From: Amoebophrya sp. A120
Taxonomy: Eukaryota; Protista; Dinoflagellata
DNA length: 64,000 nt
Assembly (NCBI GenBank): GCA_905178155.1
Contig: CAJINV010000003.1
Span: 4,747,863 to 4,811,862, forward strand
Reading direction: 5' to 3'
The position numbers and the translations under genes were made by a program. The notes below the pieces were generated by a model. It saw only the letters and a program-made list of their open reading frames with translations, was not told the origin of the DNA and made no database searches. Of this stretch, positions 1 through 11,300 are shown one piece after another (position 1 is the stretch's first letter; each line of letters starts with the position of its first letter).

Positions 1-1533
1 CCCGCCCGCGAGTTTGTGTCTTTCTTTTCAATTTCATTTTGAGCTCGCGAGCGCATGTGCGAGCGCTTTAGTTTTTGGCTGTTCGAATCCTAACTCAAAC
101 TCAACTGCTCGAGGTATGCCGTTTTCGTCGCCGTGTGCTGGAGCCGGCCTATCAGCGCAATTCCAAATAGCCCGGCCGACCTTTGGGACGAGCGCGAAGG
201 TGGCAGTACAGCTTCTGTCTCTCTGGGGTGAAAACTGCATTGCTCTCTGGGGAGCGAAAGGAGGCGCATTGCTGCGCAAACACGGACTGCAAGGAGGGGC
301 AGCGCAGGTTGTCGGCGACGGAGTTGGGCTTGGGGCACACCAAAGACTTCTACGTCGGCGCTAGAAGTTTTGGCATGGCCACTGCGACGGGGGCTGCACG
401 GTCGGCGCTTTTTGTCGGTGGAGCACGAGCGGCTGCGGCACTTCCCATGCCATGTGTTTCCGGTGGATGAAAGCCCGATGCTCGCGAAGTCATGAGGAGC
501 GGGTACCAATAAGCCGAGGGCCAACATCAAGATCGAGAACAACTTGACACGGCAGCTGCGCGCGAGGACAGGCATTGGAATAACGGGGCGGAAGTCGCTG
601 CGCGTCCGTTTGAAGGCGGGACGCTTTCGGGATGGCCGCGCGGACAATTATTGCAGCCGGAGGCCGCAACGCGGCATTTTTTGGAAAAGTCAAGTGGGCT
701 CGTGCTGCGGATTTGTCTTGCGTGGCAACCAAGCAGGACCACGGGGCTGCAGCAAGAGCAAGCTAGGAACTACAAGTAGCAGTGCGAAGATGGATTAACA
801 TGCAAAGAGCATGAAACTGAGGGTGACCACGCCCGCAATTTCTGAATAGCGGAGCACTCAGACTCGTGCGCGATGTTACCTGGACTCGTGGTCGTGCGCG
901 ATGTTACCTAGCTTACCTAGAAAATTACGCGACAAAATTTCTCGGCTCTGAGTCTGCGCACGATCGAATGAGCTGAGGAGAAGAGCCTCGAGCTTGATTG
1001 GTAAGTATCAAAGGCTCTGCAGGTCGTGGCTCTTGATTTTCACTTATAGTTATAGCGATAGACATACGCGAGCTTCGTTGATCAAGAAGTTGAAGGAAAA
1101 AACAGGAAGCAGGCGACAAAGTGTTTACTTGCGCAAACGCAGTGCGTTCTTTCGCGCCTTGTCTCGGAAGCGTGGCGTGATCGATGTTCCCATCGTCGTC
1201 CTGTGTTGTTCGCGTCCACCGAGGCTCCGTACGACCGCGCTGTTGTTTGGTGACGAGGCTGAAAGTCATAACACGAGAACTGTCTCTTTGGCACGGAAAC
1301 GGAAGAGCAAACAAGATCCAATGTCTGGCCACGTTTGGGCACGAGTGCGCCCGTGTGCGAGTTCGCGTGGCGCGCTCGGTTTTAGCATGATCCGCCGTGC
1401 ACTTAAGCGGCTGGTTGGTAGACCGTGCCTCTTTGATGAAGTGGCTTCTTTGCGAGTCGAAGCCTAAATTTAAACGCAAACGCATTCGCTATCGATAGAT
1501 TGGATTTTAGTTTACAGTGCCAAGCTGATGCCT

Positions 1534-1544
1534 ATATAAAGCAC
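1534..1544 (+). promoter_or_regulatory. TATA-like motif ATATAAAGCAC (identical copy 8161-8171; variant ATTTAAAGCAC 21702-21712)
   Basis: Exact 11-mer upstream of the HhH-like gene and of the transposase ORF; function not shown. Confidence 0.25.
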
Positions 1545-1949
1545 GATGTCTTTATTTGTACTCGAGCCCTGTTTCCCTGGATTCCTAGGCTTTTACTTCT
1601 AGCTCTGAAATTAGTACTAGATGGCCAAAGTCTAAGTCAAAAGACAAAATCGAAAGCGCCACTCTGGCTATTCGGCTCCGCGAACGTCTCAGGGAAGGTT
1701 TTCCTCGCCCCCGCAGCTTCCTCCGCAACGAAGCCGGAGTCACGAAGCACCTCTTCAACATTCTTGGCGCGACATCAAACGAAGGGGCCGTCGGCAGCAA
1801 AACTAACCCGCCCCCCGAACCCGACCGGGTCGTCGTCGTGGCAGCCGCCCGTAGAACGAAGGCAACTCGCCATCGAGAAGAAGGGTCCGCGTGTTGCGTC
1901 GTTGCGCATACGACCCACGGCCCCAGGTGCAGCAAGCACACGCGGCGAA

Positions 1950-3301
1950 ATGGCGCAAGCAGCGGGGGAGGCCCTGAACGTCTTTTGGGCACCCAGAGGA
2001 CCATCGGACTACTGGTCCATTTTCCTTTTTGTTTCTGAGCGTTGGTGCAGGCACCTTCTGGCGTTGGAGGGAGAGGCAGCTGCTTCAACAAGTCCAAGCG
2101 CGACGTGCAAGATTTCTCTGATGCACAAGAGCGAGCTATTCGAAGCCGGTGACTACGCTTACGCAACTCTGTCGGTCACGGGCAGCCAGGTGGATGAGTG
2201 GATAAAGAACCACGGGAGAGCAGAAGGTGCGGCGTTTCTATTTTTTCTTCTTTTGCGCTCCGGCTACAGTCTCCTAGTGAAGCTTCTCTTTGGATTTTGC
2301 ATTGCAATATGTGGGTTTTGGGTTGATGAATGGCTTTCATGCTAGCAGAGCCCGGCCTAATATATGGTCGGCGAGAACAAGTAGAGGCTTTCCGTTTCAG
2401 TTTCAAACCCATCTTGGTCAGTTTGTGACTGCAGCCTCCCCCGGCCCAGTGCCAGTTCAAACGAATTCAAACCAACCGCATTCCAGGTAGCGACGATATT
2501 TCGCACAGGCGGTCCCGCCTCATCGTGCGCACCGCATCGACGAAGACGGACTGGGAGGACCGGTGCAGATCAACGCTGATCCTGGTTTACGAAATGTCGC
2601 CGCTTTTCCTCCATGACTTGGAGCAGGCTTTCCCCGGCACCGCGAAAATCCCCCAGGCAAAATTCCGGCAAGAAGCGAAGCGGTTGATGACTAAGGACGG
2701 CGCCGCGGCTCGATACTGGAAAAAAATGCAGTACTGGCGGTCGAAGGAGGACGATGTCTACCGGGAGAAAAGTCAGTCGGAGCTTTGGGGCAAGCTTGAG
2801 GACAACGTGCAGAAACTTCGGAAAACCGACGCGGGCGGCAGCCGAATGGACAAGACCGACCTGATGCGACACGCGGTAGATGCGTGCGGTGTTTGGAGCG
2901 CCAGCAAAATGGTGTTGTGGATGCAGCACAGCTACAGAACCACGCTGGGGGAAGGCGAGAGGATGCCCCACTGCCTCGCTTTGGGCGTCAAGGCCCCGCT
3001 CTGTTTTGGGGGAGGACCGAGGCGGACGCTGAACCTTCTGTACAACAAGAACTACCCGAACCTGAACTGCGCGGTGACAAAAAAACGGACGGACCTGAGG
3101 TATTTTAGCGATATGGGCCACAACTTCGTGAGCGCCATCCGGGCGGCAATGCGGGGGACCAAGTGTCCGAACATGGAGCGGGTTTACGGGTTTAACGGGA
3201 AGGCGGACGCGCGGGACCGGCTGCTTCTCACCAGCTACTGGTGCGAATTCAGCCGATGTTACCGCCACCTGCTGGCGTCGGCCCGGTCGGCGCCGCAGTA
3301 G
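1950..3301 (+). CDS. HhH-glycosylase-derived protein resembling the 5-hmdU DNA kinase helical domain (aGPT-Pplase1 family); exons ~1950-2226 and 2487-3301
   Basis: GT(2227)..AG(2486) intron joins ORF 1500..2345 to ORF 2525..3301 in frame. Motifs in family order: FLFVSERW; YAYATLSVTGSQVDEWI; HhH-like DACGVWSASKM; FGGGPRRTLNLL; YWCEFSRCY. Start codon uncertain. Confidence 0.55.
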
Positions 3302-4424
3302 TTTCGTCGCGTCCCCCCGATTCCCGCCCGCCCCGCAGACCCAGACCAGCAGCCGCGACCTCCGTTCTTCGTTTGCCCCGATAAGTAGCCGGAAAACGGG
3401 AATTGGCGGCGTGAACACCTCCAAACCAGCTGGCCACCGCGTTTGGCGAGCGCGTGACGCAGCTTCGCAAAAATCACGCTGGGGTCGGAACTTCCTTGAA
3501 GGGTGCAAGCAGGACGCGACGGAGTGGCTCCGCGGGCTCGCGCGTGTTGGTTGTCGTGCAGGTTTCACGACCGGGCGGGGGATGAGGTTTTTTTTTGAAG
3601 ACAGAGACTGGCTCGGATTCAGATAAGTGATAGCGAGTAAAAGTATGCAACTATGGCAAAGAATGACGAATTACAGCGAGAGGCTGGGGCAATGATAGAT
3701 GATGTTGACGCGAATCGAATGAAGAAGGTAAAAGCTGGCGAAGAAGTTATGAGCACTACGCGCAGAAATTTTGACTCAAGTCAAGCAGTTACTCAGTGCA
3801 ATTTAGCACATGGAAATGATAGATGATGAAAAAAGAAAACATGACGACGGAAGAAGCTGGCGCTTCATTTTGGGCGCCCCCAGGTCGTGTTCACTCCGCT
3901 GGATGACCGACCAGAAATAGACCTGGTCGGAGACGCAAGAGGAGGAGACTCTTGCGCCACAGAGTCCAACAGTGTCGGGCCTCTAGCTCGCAATCGCACG
4001 CCCGGTACCGGGATCATACGCCCTGCGCGCTGCGTTTGGTTTGGAGCAGTCGCGCAAGCCGGCCGCCGGCAATCAAGCACTCGCGTGGGCACGGCTGTTG
4101 CCCTCCGGCGTGGTCGCATGGGGCACGCAACTCGTGTCGGGCTGGCCGTGGACGCAGCGCGAGGTGGTTCCCCCGCAGCGAGTTGGCCACGAGGGCAGCG
4201 CGAACTGTGTCGGGGCCGCATGGGCGCAGCAGCATGCGTGCGAGCCTCAGAGCCGCAGCTGGCGGAGCGCGAGAGGCCGCACAGCATCGCGCTCCGCATC
4301 GTGAGCGCCACAAAGCCTGGAGTTTTGGTCTAGCAGTAGCAGTGTTTTGCTACCGCCGGCAGTATCGCGTCAATCGAGCCGCATCCGCTGGCGCGCTGAC
4401 GGCTGGCAAAGAAAATGAACAGCG

Positions 4425-4469
4425 CCAAGCATAGTCTCGCCCTGTAACGACAGTTACACGAGCGGACTG
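4425..4469 (+). repeat. Palindrome family copy 1 (core TGTAAC-GACA-GTTACA, 4443-4458)
   Basis: 41/45 identical to 18931-18975 in direct orientation. Confidence 0.9.
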
Positions 4470-5816
4470 TGTTTTTTTGATCCGGAGCATCTTCATTGTG
4501 CCGCCCACCTACTGGCCGGAGGGGAGATGGATAGCCGAAATCAATAAGGTAAAGACCATCGGCCCGGCTCTGCTCGAAGTTGAGCGGGAGAGAGACAGAG
4601 ACCAGGAGTGGGCTGGAGCTTCCTTCTATATCCACACGCGCGTGCGCTTTTGCGTTAAGCTTAACAAGACTAAATCTAAATCTAAATGTAAAACTCTTGC
4701 GCGAGTTTCGGTCTTGCTGGTTAGCGTCTAGTTGTGAGTCTGAAACAGAAATTGAAATAAAGATGAGCAGAATTATCGCCGCGCAGCCGTACTGGAAACA
4801 GTCAGGCGGCGATAAACCGAGGCCCGGGCCGCCACAGAGTAGCGTCACCGCTGTCGGCTTGTCGCGGGTCAAGTTTTTCCAGCAGCAGACCCCGCCGATC
4901 CACCTCCGCATGAAGAAGCTGAAGAACGGCCCTACGCCACTGGCCTCGCAGCGGAATTCCCACGTTGTTAAAAACCCCGGGTCGGCGAGTCCTTTTCACA
5001 CTGATGATCTCTGCGGGGCCTTTACTTCCCCTGCTCCGAGCGACTATCACTCCCCGCGGTCCGAGTTTTGGGATTTCAACTGCCCGCTGATAGGTAACTT
5101 CCCAAGTTTCAGCGTGTCCCGCCAGCCACCGAGGCTGATGAATCTAGCCGGATACCGAATCTGCACGCAAATACGAGCAGGCGAGCCCGCTTTTCAAGAT
5201 TTGGCAGCAGCTGGGCCCGTGCGGGGGTATTGGAGCCTATCTGAAACAAAATCGCACCCATTTCACCATGCGCTGCGGTAGTTCAAACTGGTCATGCCGT
5301 ATGAAACAAAACAGGCATCGCAAAACCGCGGCGATGATCTGTTCGAGTTCTGCGTCCAAACTGATTATAAAGTTTGGGCGAAGGACAAGCACCAGTACGA
5401 GTAGCACTAATCTCGCGCATTTGGCTTGGTGGGGGTGCCTTTTTGTTTTGCATACAGCCGATCGCACCGCGACACTGCTGGGCGGGCCGTTCCCCGCCAG
5501 CGCAGGAGGAAGAACAGTGAGAAGAAGGCGGGATCCCCTTTCCGAGTAGCGCAAAGTCCTGAGCCCGGGGCTTCCACGCAACAAGAGCATCGTACTGGTG
5601 GTGACGCGGGAGGAACGTTTGCTGCGAAGGCGTTGGAGGAGAAGCTTTTGAGCCCCGCAATAGCAAGTCGCAGCTTCAGCGATGTTCGTGCTCCGGCTGC
5701 TGGCGTCGACTTGTGGATTGACAGCCCGGATCTTCTACCGCTCGGAGCAACAGCAGCAGCTTATTGGGCCTCGCCGGCTGTAGAAGAAGCAGCGAAGCGT
5801 CCTTGCGCCGATAGCA

Positions 5817-6851
5817 GTGCCGGGAAAGCTCCTGTGCGCGACGTCGTGGGCCGCTCGGATGCGAATCGAGTCGAAAGCGAGTCCTATTATCATGGGCACG
5901 CGAGGAGGAAGAGCTTGGGGCCGCACATTGGGACAAGTCAACTTCAAGGGTTTTGCTGTGACGTGGGAGCACGGCGCCGAAAGGTGGACAGGTACAGACT
6001 ACCTCAAGTTGTAGTTCGTGCGCAAATTATACCAGACCACACAATCTACAAACGCGCTTTAGTGTCAAAGTCAATAGCTTTCGAGTTTGCATGCCCTAGA
6101 AGCAATAGACCCATGCTCAGCCTGTGCTGTTTTATCTGCTTGGATTTTGCATGCGCTTAGTTTCGCTTTTTAAGCCTCTGCACGCCGCCACGTGCAGGAT
6201 AGATGATGACGGTGATGATGTATGTTCGGCGTATGACTGCGTGCTGGTTTTTTTACTTCCAAATTAAAAGGATGCGTCGGCGGGTGTGCTGCAGCCACCT
6301 CTCCCCGCAGGCACGACGGGCAGCGCAGATCAAAAGCGAAACGCCATGAGCGGAGGGCCGCTGTTCTGCTGCGAGTGGGCCCGCTTCTAATCGCAGGCAA
6401 GTGGAAGGCTTTGAGCTCCCATCGCCCCTCAATGACCATCAGGTTTTGCGACGACAAGGCCGCCAGGCTGGACTTCGGGTTGCCAGCATTCGCGCTTGCC
6501 TCGGAATCCGATGCGCATGGGGAAGAAACAGTTTCGAAACAGCCCACCGAGACGCGCGGCGCCTGCGGTTACAGTACAGGACTGGGCCCATTCTCCCGAG
6601 CGGATCGCGCGCCTGATTGCAGCGACTGGAACCTCATCTCCGAGAAGGAGCAGCAGGACGCGCTGGTTCTTTTTCACGAGGATGTACGGAGGCAGGTCAA
6701 GGAGCACCGCGGAGAGCTGTCCGCCGTCGCCTGCAAATGCCCAGCCACCCCCAGGAAGCCGGGCAAGCGAAAGAAGAGAACAGTGTGCCGGTGCTACGAT
6801 GCATTCAATTCCGAACTCGCTGAGCTGGAGCGGGTAGAAAACCTCCTCAAG
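5817..6851 (+). CDS. Possible spliced hypothetical gene fragment (Cys/basic C-terminal part)
   Basis: ORF 5817..6014 frame can join ORF 6375..6893 through a GT(~5992)..AG(~6579) intron; GT donor after ...ENLLK. No recognisable domain. Confidence 0.25.
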
Positions 6852-6945
6852 GTGCGGCGGTGCCGGTTGCGGGCTACCGGTGTTGATGTGTGACGTGGAT
6901 CGAGTGGCCCGGCCCCGCATGTGGAGGAGTGGGATGGGAGCTGGA

Positions 6946-6975
6946 GTGCGCTCGTGTAACGAGCGTTACACGACC
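6946..6975 (-). repeat. Palindrome family copy 2 (core TGTAAC-GAGC-GTTACA, 6955-6970)
   Basis: Reverse complement is 27/30 identical to 15731-15760. Confidence 0.9.
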
Positions 6976-8342
6976 GGAATAGGTTTTCGCAAAGTAAGCA
7001 CAAGTAGAAGATTTGTGTCCATACAGATACATGCTCTGACGCGCCGACTAGTAACGCGGTGCCCTCTGGACGATGGCCGTTCCAGGGGGTGAGTGCATCT
7101 ACATGCAAAGAAACGAGTGAGCAGCAACAGTGCTTCATGCTTTTTAGTCGATGTTTCAGCGAAGGTTCGAAATACCTTCGCTCAGATGTGGCGCGAGTCG
7201 CAATCATAGTTAGTAGTGCTTGACCCCCATCATGTGGATTTCAAAAAAAAAGTTAGTTCGAACGCCCCGAGTAAGTCGCCATAGTTGAAAACGTACGTAC
7301 CCGCGTGTGAGTATTTTTGTACACATGCAAACGAACCGATGGCGATGCCGAAGCTACGCCTGTAGATGGAGGCGGAACTACACAGAAGGCGCGCGCTCTT
7401 CTGTGCAAGTGCTTTCCCCGCAACGTACTACCGGAGTGCGCTCATAAACGTGGCGCATCGTGTTCAGCCAGAAAGCTTCCTGCTATGGGGGTCACGCTCC
7501 GTGTGCATCTTGGAATTGTGGCGATGTTTCGAATAGATAAGCAAAAGCAAGCTCCTTCAAACTCCGAGCCAAGAAGTTCTGAAGTTGAGAAACCATCAAG
7601 CTCGCCTTGTTCCCGTGCTATGGTGGAAAAACAGATCCTGCAACGTTCGCAAAGGACGAAGATGAGAGTTTTTTTCTTCTCTGTTCGGGTTGCGCGGTTG
7701 TTGGGGGGAAGAGGTGACTTTTCTTCTCTCAACACCGACGACGCGCTTCGTTTTTCTGTATCTTTACGAACTCACACAGCACGCCTGGTCCCCACCTATT
7801 TCGGTTGATTTAGACTTTACAAGGCAAGGAAAAAGCAGGAAGTGTGCCAATTTTTCTGCTTCTTTTCCTACTCGCCTTGTCCCCATCTAAAAATGAATAT
7901 TTGCAATAATCAGAGATGCTTTTTTAATGCTCCACGCAGCGCGATCTACGTTTTATTTCTTTTCGTTGAACTAGTCTTTGATCTGCGCGGCGCTAAAAAG
8001 ATTAAAGATGGAAGGAGGAAGGAAGCCACTGCGGAGGAGCCAGAAATAAAGTACAAAGTATCTCTTTTGCTGCATGTGGTGCGAGCGTGGTAAGCGCGGA
8101 AAAGCATTATTACACATAGTGATGCGTCTGGTGTATGCAGTGCAGGCGGGGTAAGCGCCAATATAAAGCACTCAGTAATGGAATGAATTTTTAGCATAGC
8201 GCGTTAGTCAAAAGGATGGCAAAGAAATAAAGCAATAACAAAAACTGCAGGTAAGCACGAAGGGCGAGGGAGTGGGAATCCCCTCCGGCCGCAGCGAGTA
8301 GGAACTGGAAACGGAGATCCCCCTGGTAGTGGGGCGAAGGAG

Positions 8343-11300
8343 TTGAGCTCAAGTCTCCTCCTCAAGGAAGCAGCCGAACGTGGTGGAGAAGGAGACACTG
8401 CGAGGCGCGGGGGTGGTCGGGGGCGACAGAAATTTTACGGCGCTGACGGAACGAAAACCGAGTACGGGAAAAATCGCAGCAAAGGAGCTTTACGTAGCAG
8501 GGGGCGCCCCCCCTGTCCACTACTATTGGCAAAGCAAACTGGGACTTCGGGAGTTCGAGCTGCGCAGCTTACGGGCATGTCTACACGTGGCGGCACGCGG
8601 CGATCATCGTCAGGGTGCAGCTGGCACTCAGAAAAATCGGGTGGACCACGAAAGCCATCGCGCCTCGCGCGCAGAGATGTTCTTGCCGACTCTGTTACGC
8701 CCGCAGCTGGCCGCCGGCGCTCTGCGGGCCCTGGACACAAGCAGCGACGGCCAAGAAACCACATTCGGGCCTTGATATCGGATAGTGACGACGCGGCCCG
8801 GAGTAGAGAAGAAACAGCGGCGGACGATTCGCCATTCGCGCGAGGAGAGCGCGAGGAGCGGTTGCTGCTCGGCCTAAACCCTGCTTTGGCAAAGCAGGAT
8901 GGCGGTGGCGCGAAATCCTTCCCCGCGCGGAGCGCCGCTGCCAGCTCCGGAAATCCGCCAGGACCTCGAGCAGGCCGTGCCCAAAAGATTGGTTGCAGAG
9001 GGAGGACCTGTTTCTCTTCGAACCCGCCGGCCCGCCGGAAAAGCCGGCGCCCCTGGTGGAGGCGGAGTGTATCCTTGAGCAGTGTGACCAGCAGCAGCAG
9101 CGGGGCGGCTACTTCCGTTGCTCATAGTTCCCGCGCGTCGCGGACAAGCATTCCGACATCCTCCGGCGAGGATGCGCGCGTTTTGGCAGCTACGAATCGA
9201 GAGAAGTTGGCGTCGCAAACAAACAAATTCTTTTCCAATGTCTACCCAGGTACGAACGCGGAGAAAATGCATCACCGCCGGGTTGCTGCTGTTTTGCCGC
9301 AGGCTTACGCCCGCAAACTTGCGAAGGAAGTCCAGACCTTTTGGAGACACGGGGCGACGCCAATAGTGCGCTGCGAGTTCGATTGCACGGACTTTGGCTG
9401 CTTACTCCCGTCGCCGCTGAAGCGCTCCCGGCAGGGACGGAGGGGGCGAGCACGACTGCGGAGGCGCAAGCAAGGAGGCCAGGTCGTGTTAGATACCTCG
9501 ACGAAGTGGATTGTCGCTCTCCTTTCTGTGCAAGGTGTCGATAATCGGGCGGAAGGAATGACGCTCACGCCGCGCGTCGCATTTCCTCTTCCCGGCCATG
9601 TCCTACCGGGTCAGCCACGCAGGCGGCAGGATGAAGCACCGGTGGTAAAGCTCCCCGGCCACGAGGCGGGGAAGGTGGTCAGTGTCTTGCTTCATGACCT
9701 GTACCCGATTCTCCGCGCGCTTTTTGATCTCCCGCTCGCGCAGGCATCGGCGAAGTATGGCGCTCTCGATGTCAGGCGGTTGATCGTCGACTTGTGCTCC
9801 GATAGTGGCGGATCCACGGTCCCCTGCCAGCGTCTGATGCTCCGGGCCCTGCGACAGTGGAAATCCACGTGTGATTACCCCGTTCTCCTCCTCACGAATT
9901 TCTGCCGCGAACACCCCGCCCAAACTTTGCAGAAAGAGGCCACGCTGGATGTGCAGCTTCGGCTTTTGCCAAATCCAGCAATGAAGAAGGGCGGCGCATC
10001 CGGTTTTGCAGGTGGACAGGCAAGCGCCCGAGGCGATACCTCCGGGCAGGCCACCGAATTTCTTGCAGGACCGGAGGGTGCCGGCCCCGAAACAGCTCCG
10101 GGCGCAGATGAGAACATGGGCACGGAGGCGGGGGCTTTTGGCGCGGCGGCGAAAGAAGTAGAGCAGGACATTGGTGTGCCAGGAGCCGACGGTCTTGACG
10201 ACCTCCGCATTTATGATATCCTGCACAAGCGCGACAACGGCGGGAACGCTTTGAAAAGCAGCGACGAAATCCGAGAGCGGGCAGAGATTCACGCGAAACA
10301 GGTTGCGAAGAAAAAAAAGCGGTACTTTTTGACCTATTCTTATGCCTTTAATCGCCTGGTGAATTTCAACCGGCGGTCCTTCTTGGAGGCGATAAATAAC
10401 AGCAGACCAGTGGTGGTTGCGGCGGACCAAGCCGCACAGGAGCGCTACAAGTTCGCGCTAGACCGCACGCATTCACTCCTGCGGTTCCATCGGGTTCTCG
10501 CTGCCGGCGACGACGAGCCCTGCTTCGCGTTTTGCTGTGGTGACGTCCTGGTTCTGGAGGCCGGTGAGGACGAGTACCGGGCGCGTGAGTTTTTGCAGAA
10601 TGTGCTCCAAACCGCGCGGCCGGTTTCGGAGACGCGGTGGTGGACGGTGCAGGATAACGCGAAACAGGCTTTGGGGTACGGCTGCCTCCGCGGTTGTCTG
10701 CAGGGCGTGCGGGTCGGCGATGTGCATGTTGGGAACGGTGAGTTCACACCGACGGACTTTTTTGTTGGTGTTTCGACGAGCGCTTCCTGTGACTACCCGG
10801 TTCTGGCCCATGCTCTGCTGCTGGTGACCGGCGCTCCATCTTGCCTCTCCTGCAAGGTGTACAAACATGCCATCCGCGAGAACGTTGTCTTCAATCCGAG
10901 CGTCGTCGCTTCCGATCGTTGGGACGAAATGCTATCCAAGTTCTGCGCCGTTGCCGAAGCCTCCGTCAAGCGGTCCTGCCCGTGCGAGTTCTTTTGTGAC
11001 GTTTGGATAATTTCAGCGGGTGCACACGGGGCGGCGCGGTATCATGAGCCAGTACGAATGCACGCAGTTGTGGGGATTTTCAAGAGCCTCGCCGGGTATT
11101 TTTGGAGATTTGAGCAGCAAGAGGCGGCCGAGTCTTTCCTACGTCGTTTCGCCAAGAAAACGCGGCTTCTTGAGCCGGATCAGCGCCTGAAGCATCTAGA
11201 CAAGCTCCTGCGGAAGGTGGACAAGGTCGAGCAAAAACACCGCACGAAAATCATCTCCCTCGCGGAGATGGAGCTGCTCAGGGATCTGAAGGCCGTGGCC

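Noticed and set aside
864-909. 18-bp direct repeat TCGTGCGCGATGTTACCT (also 19-bp tandem at 16405-16442)
   Set aside because: Real but isolated local duplications; spacing does not fit the palindrome consensus.
2570-3568. Long antisense ORFs (also 9603..10430, 11196..12065, 21937..22908, 23509..24483, 58658..59449)
   Set aside because: Shadow frames of GC-rich coding sequence on the opposite strand; no motifs.
4762-5281. HTD in ORF 4580..5281 as a dioxygenase HxD
   Set aside because: No supporting strand pattern or distal His/RxS arrangement; coding status uncertain.
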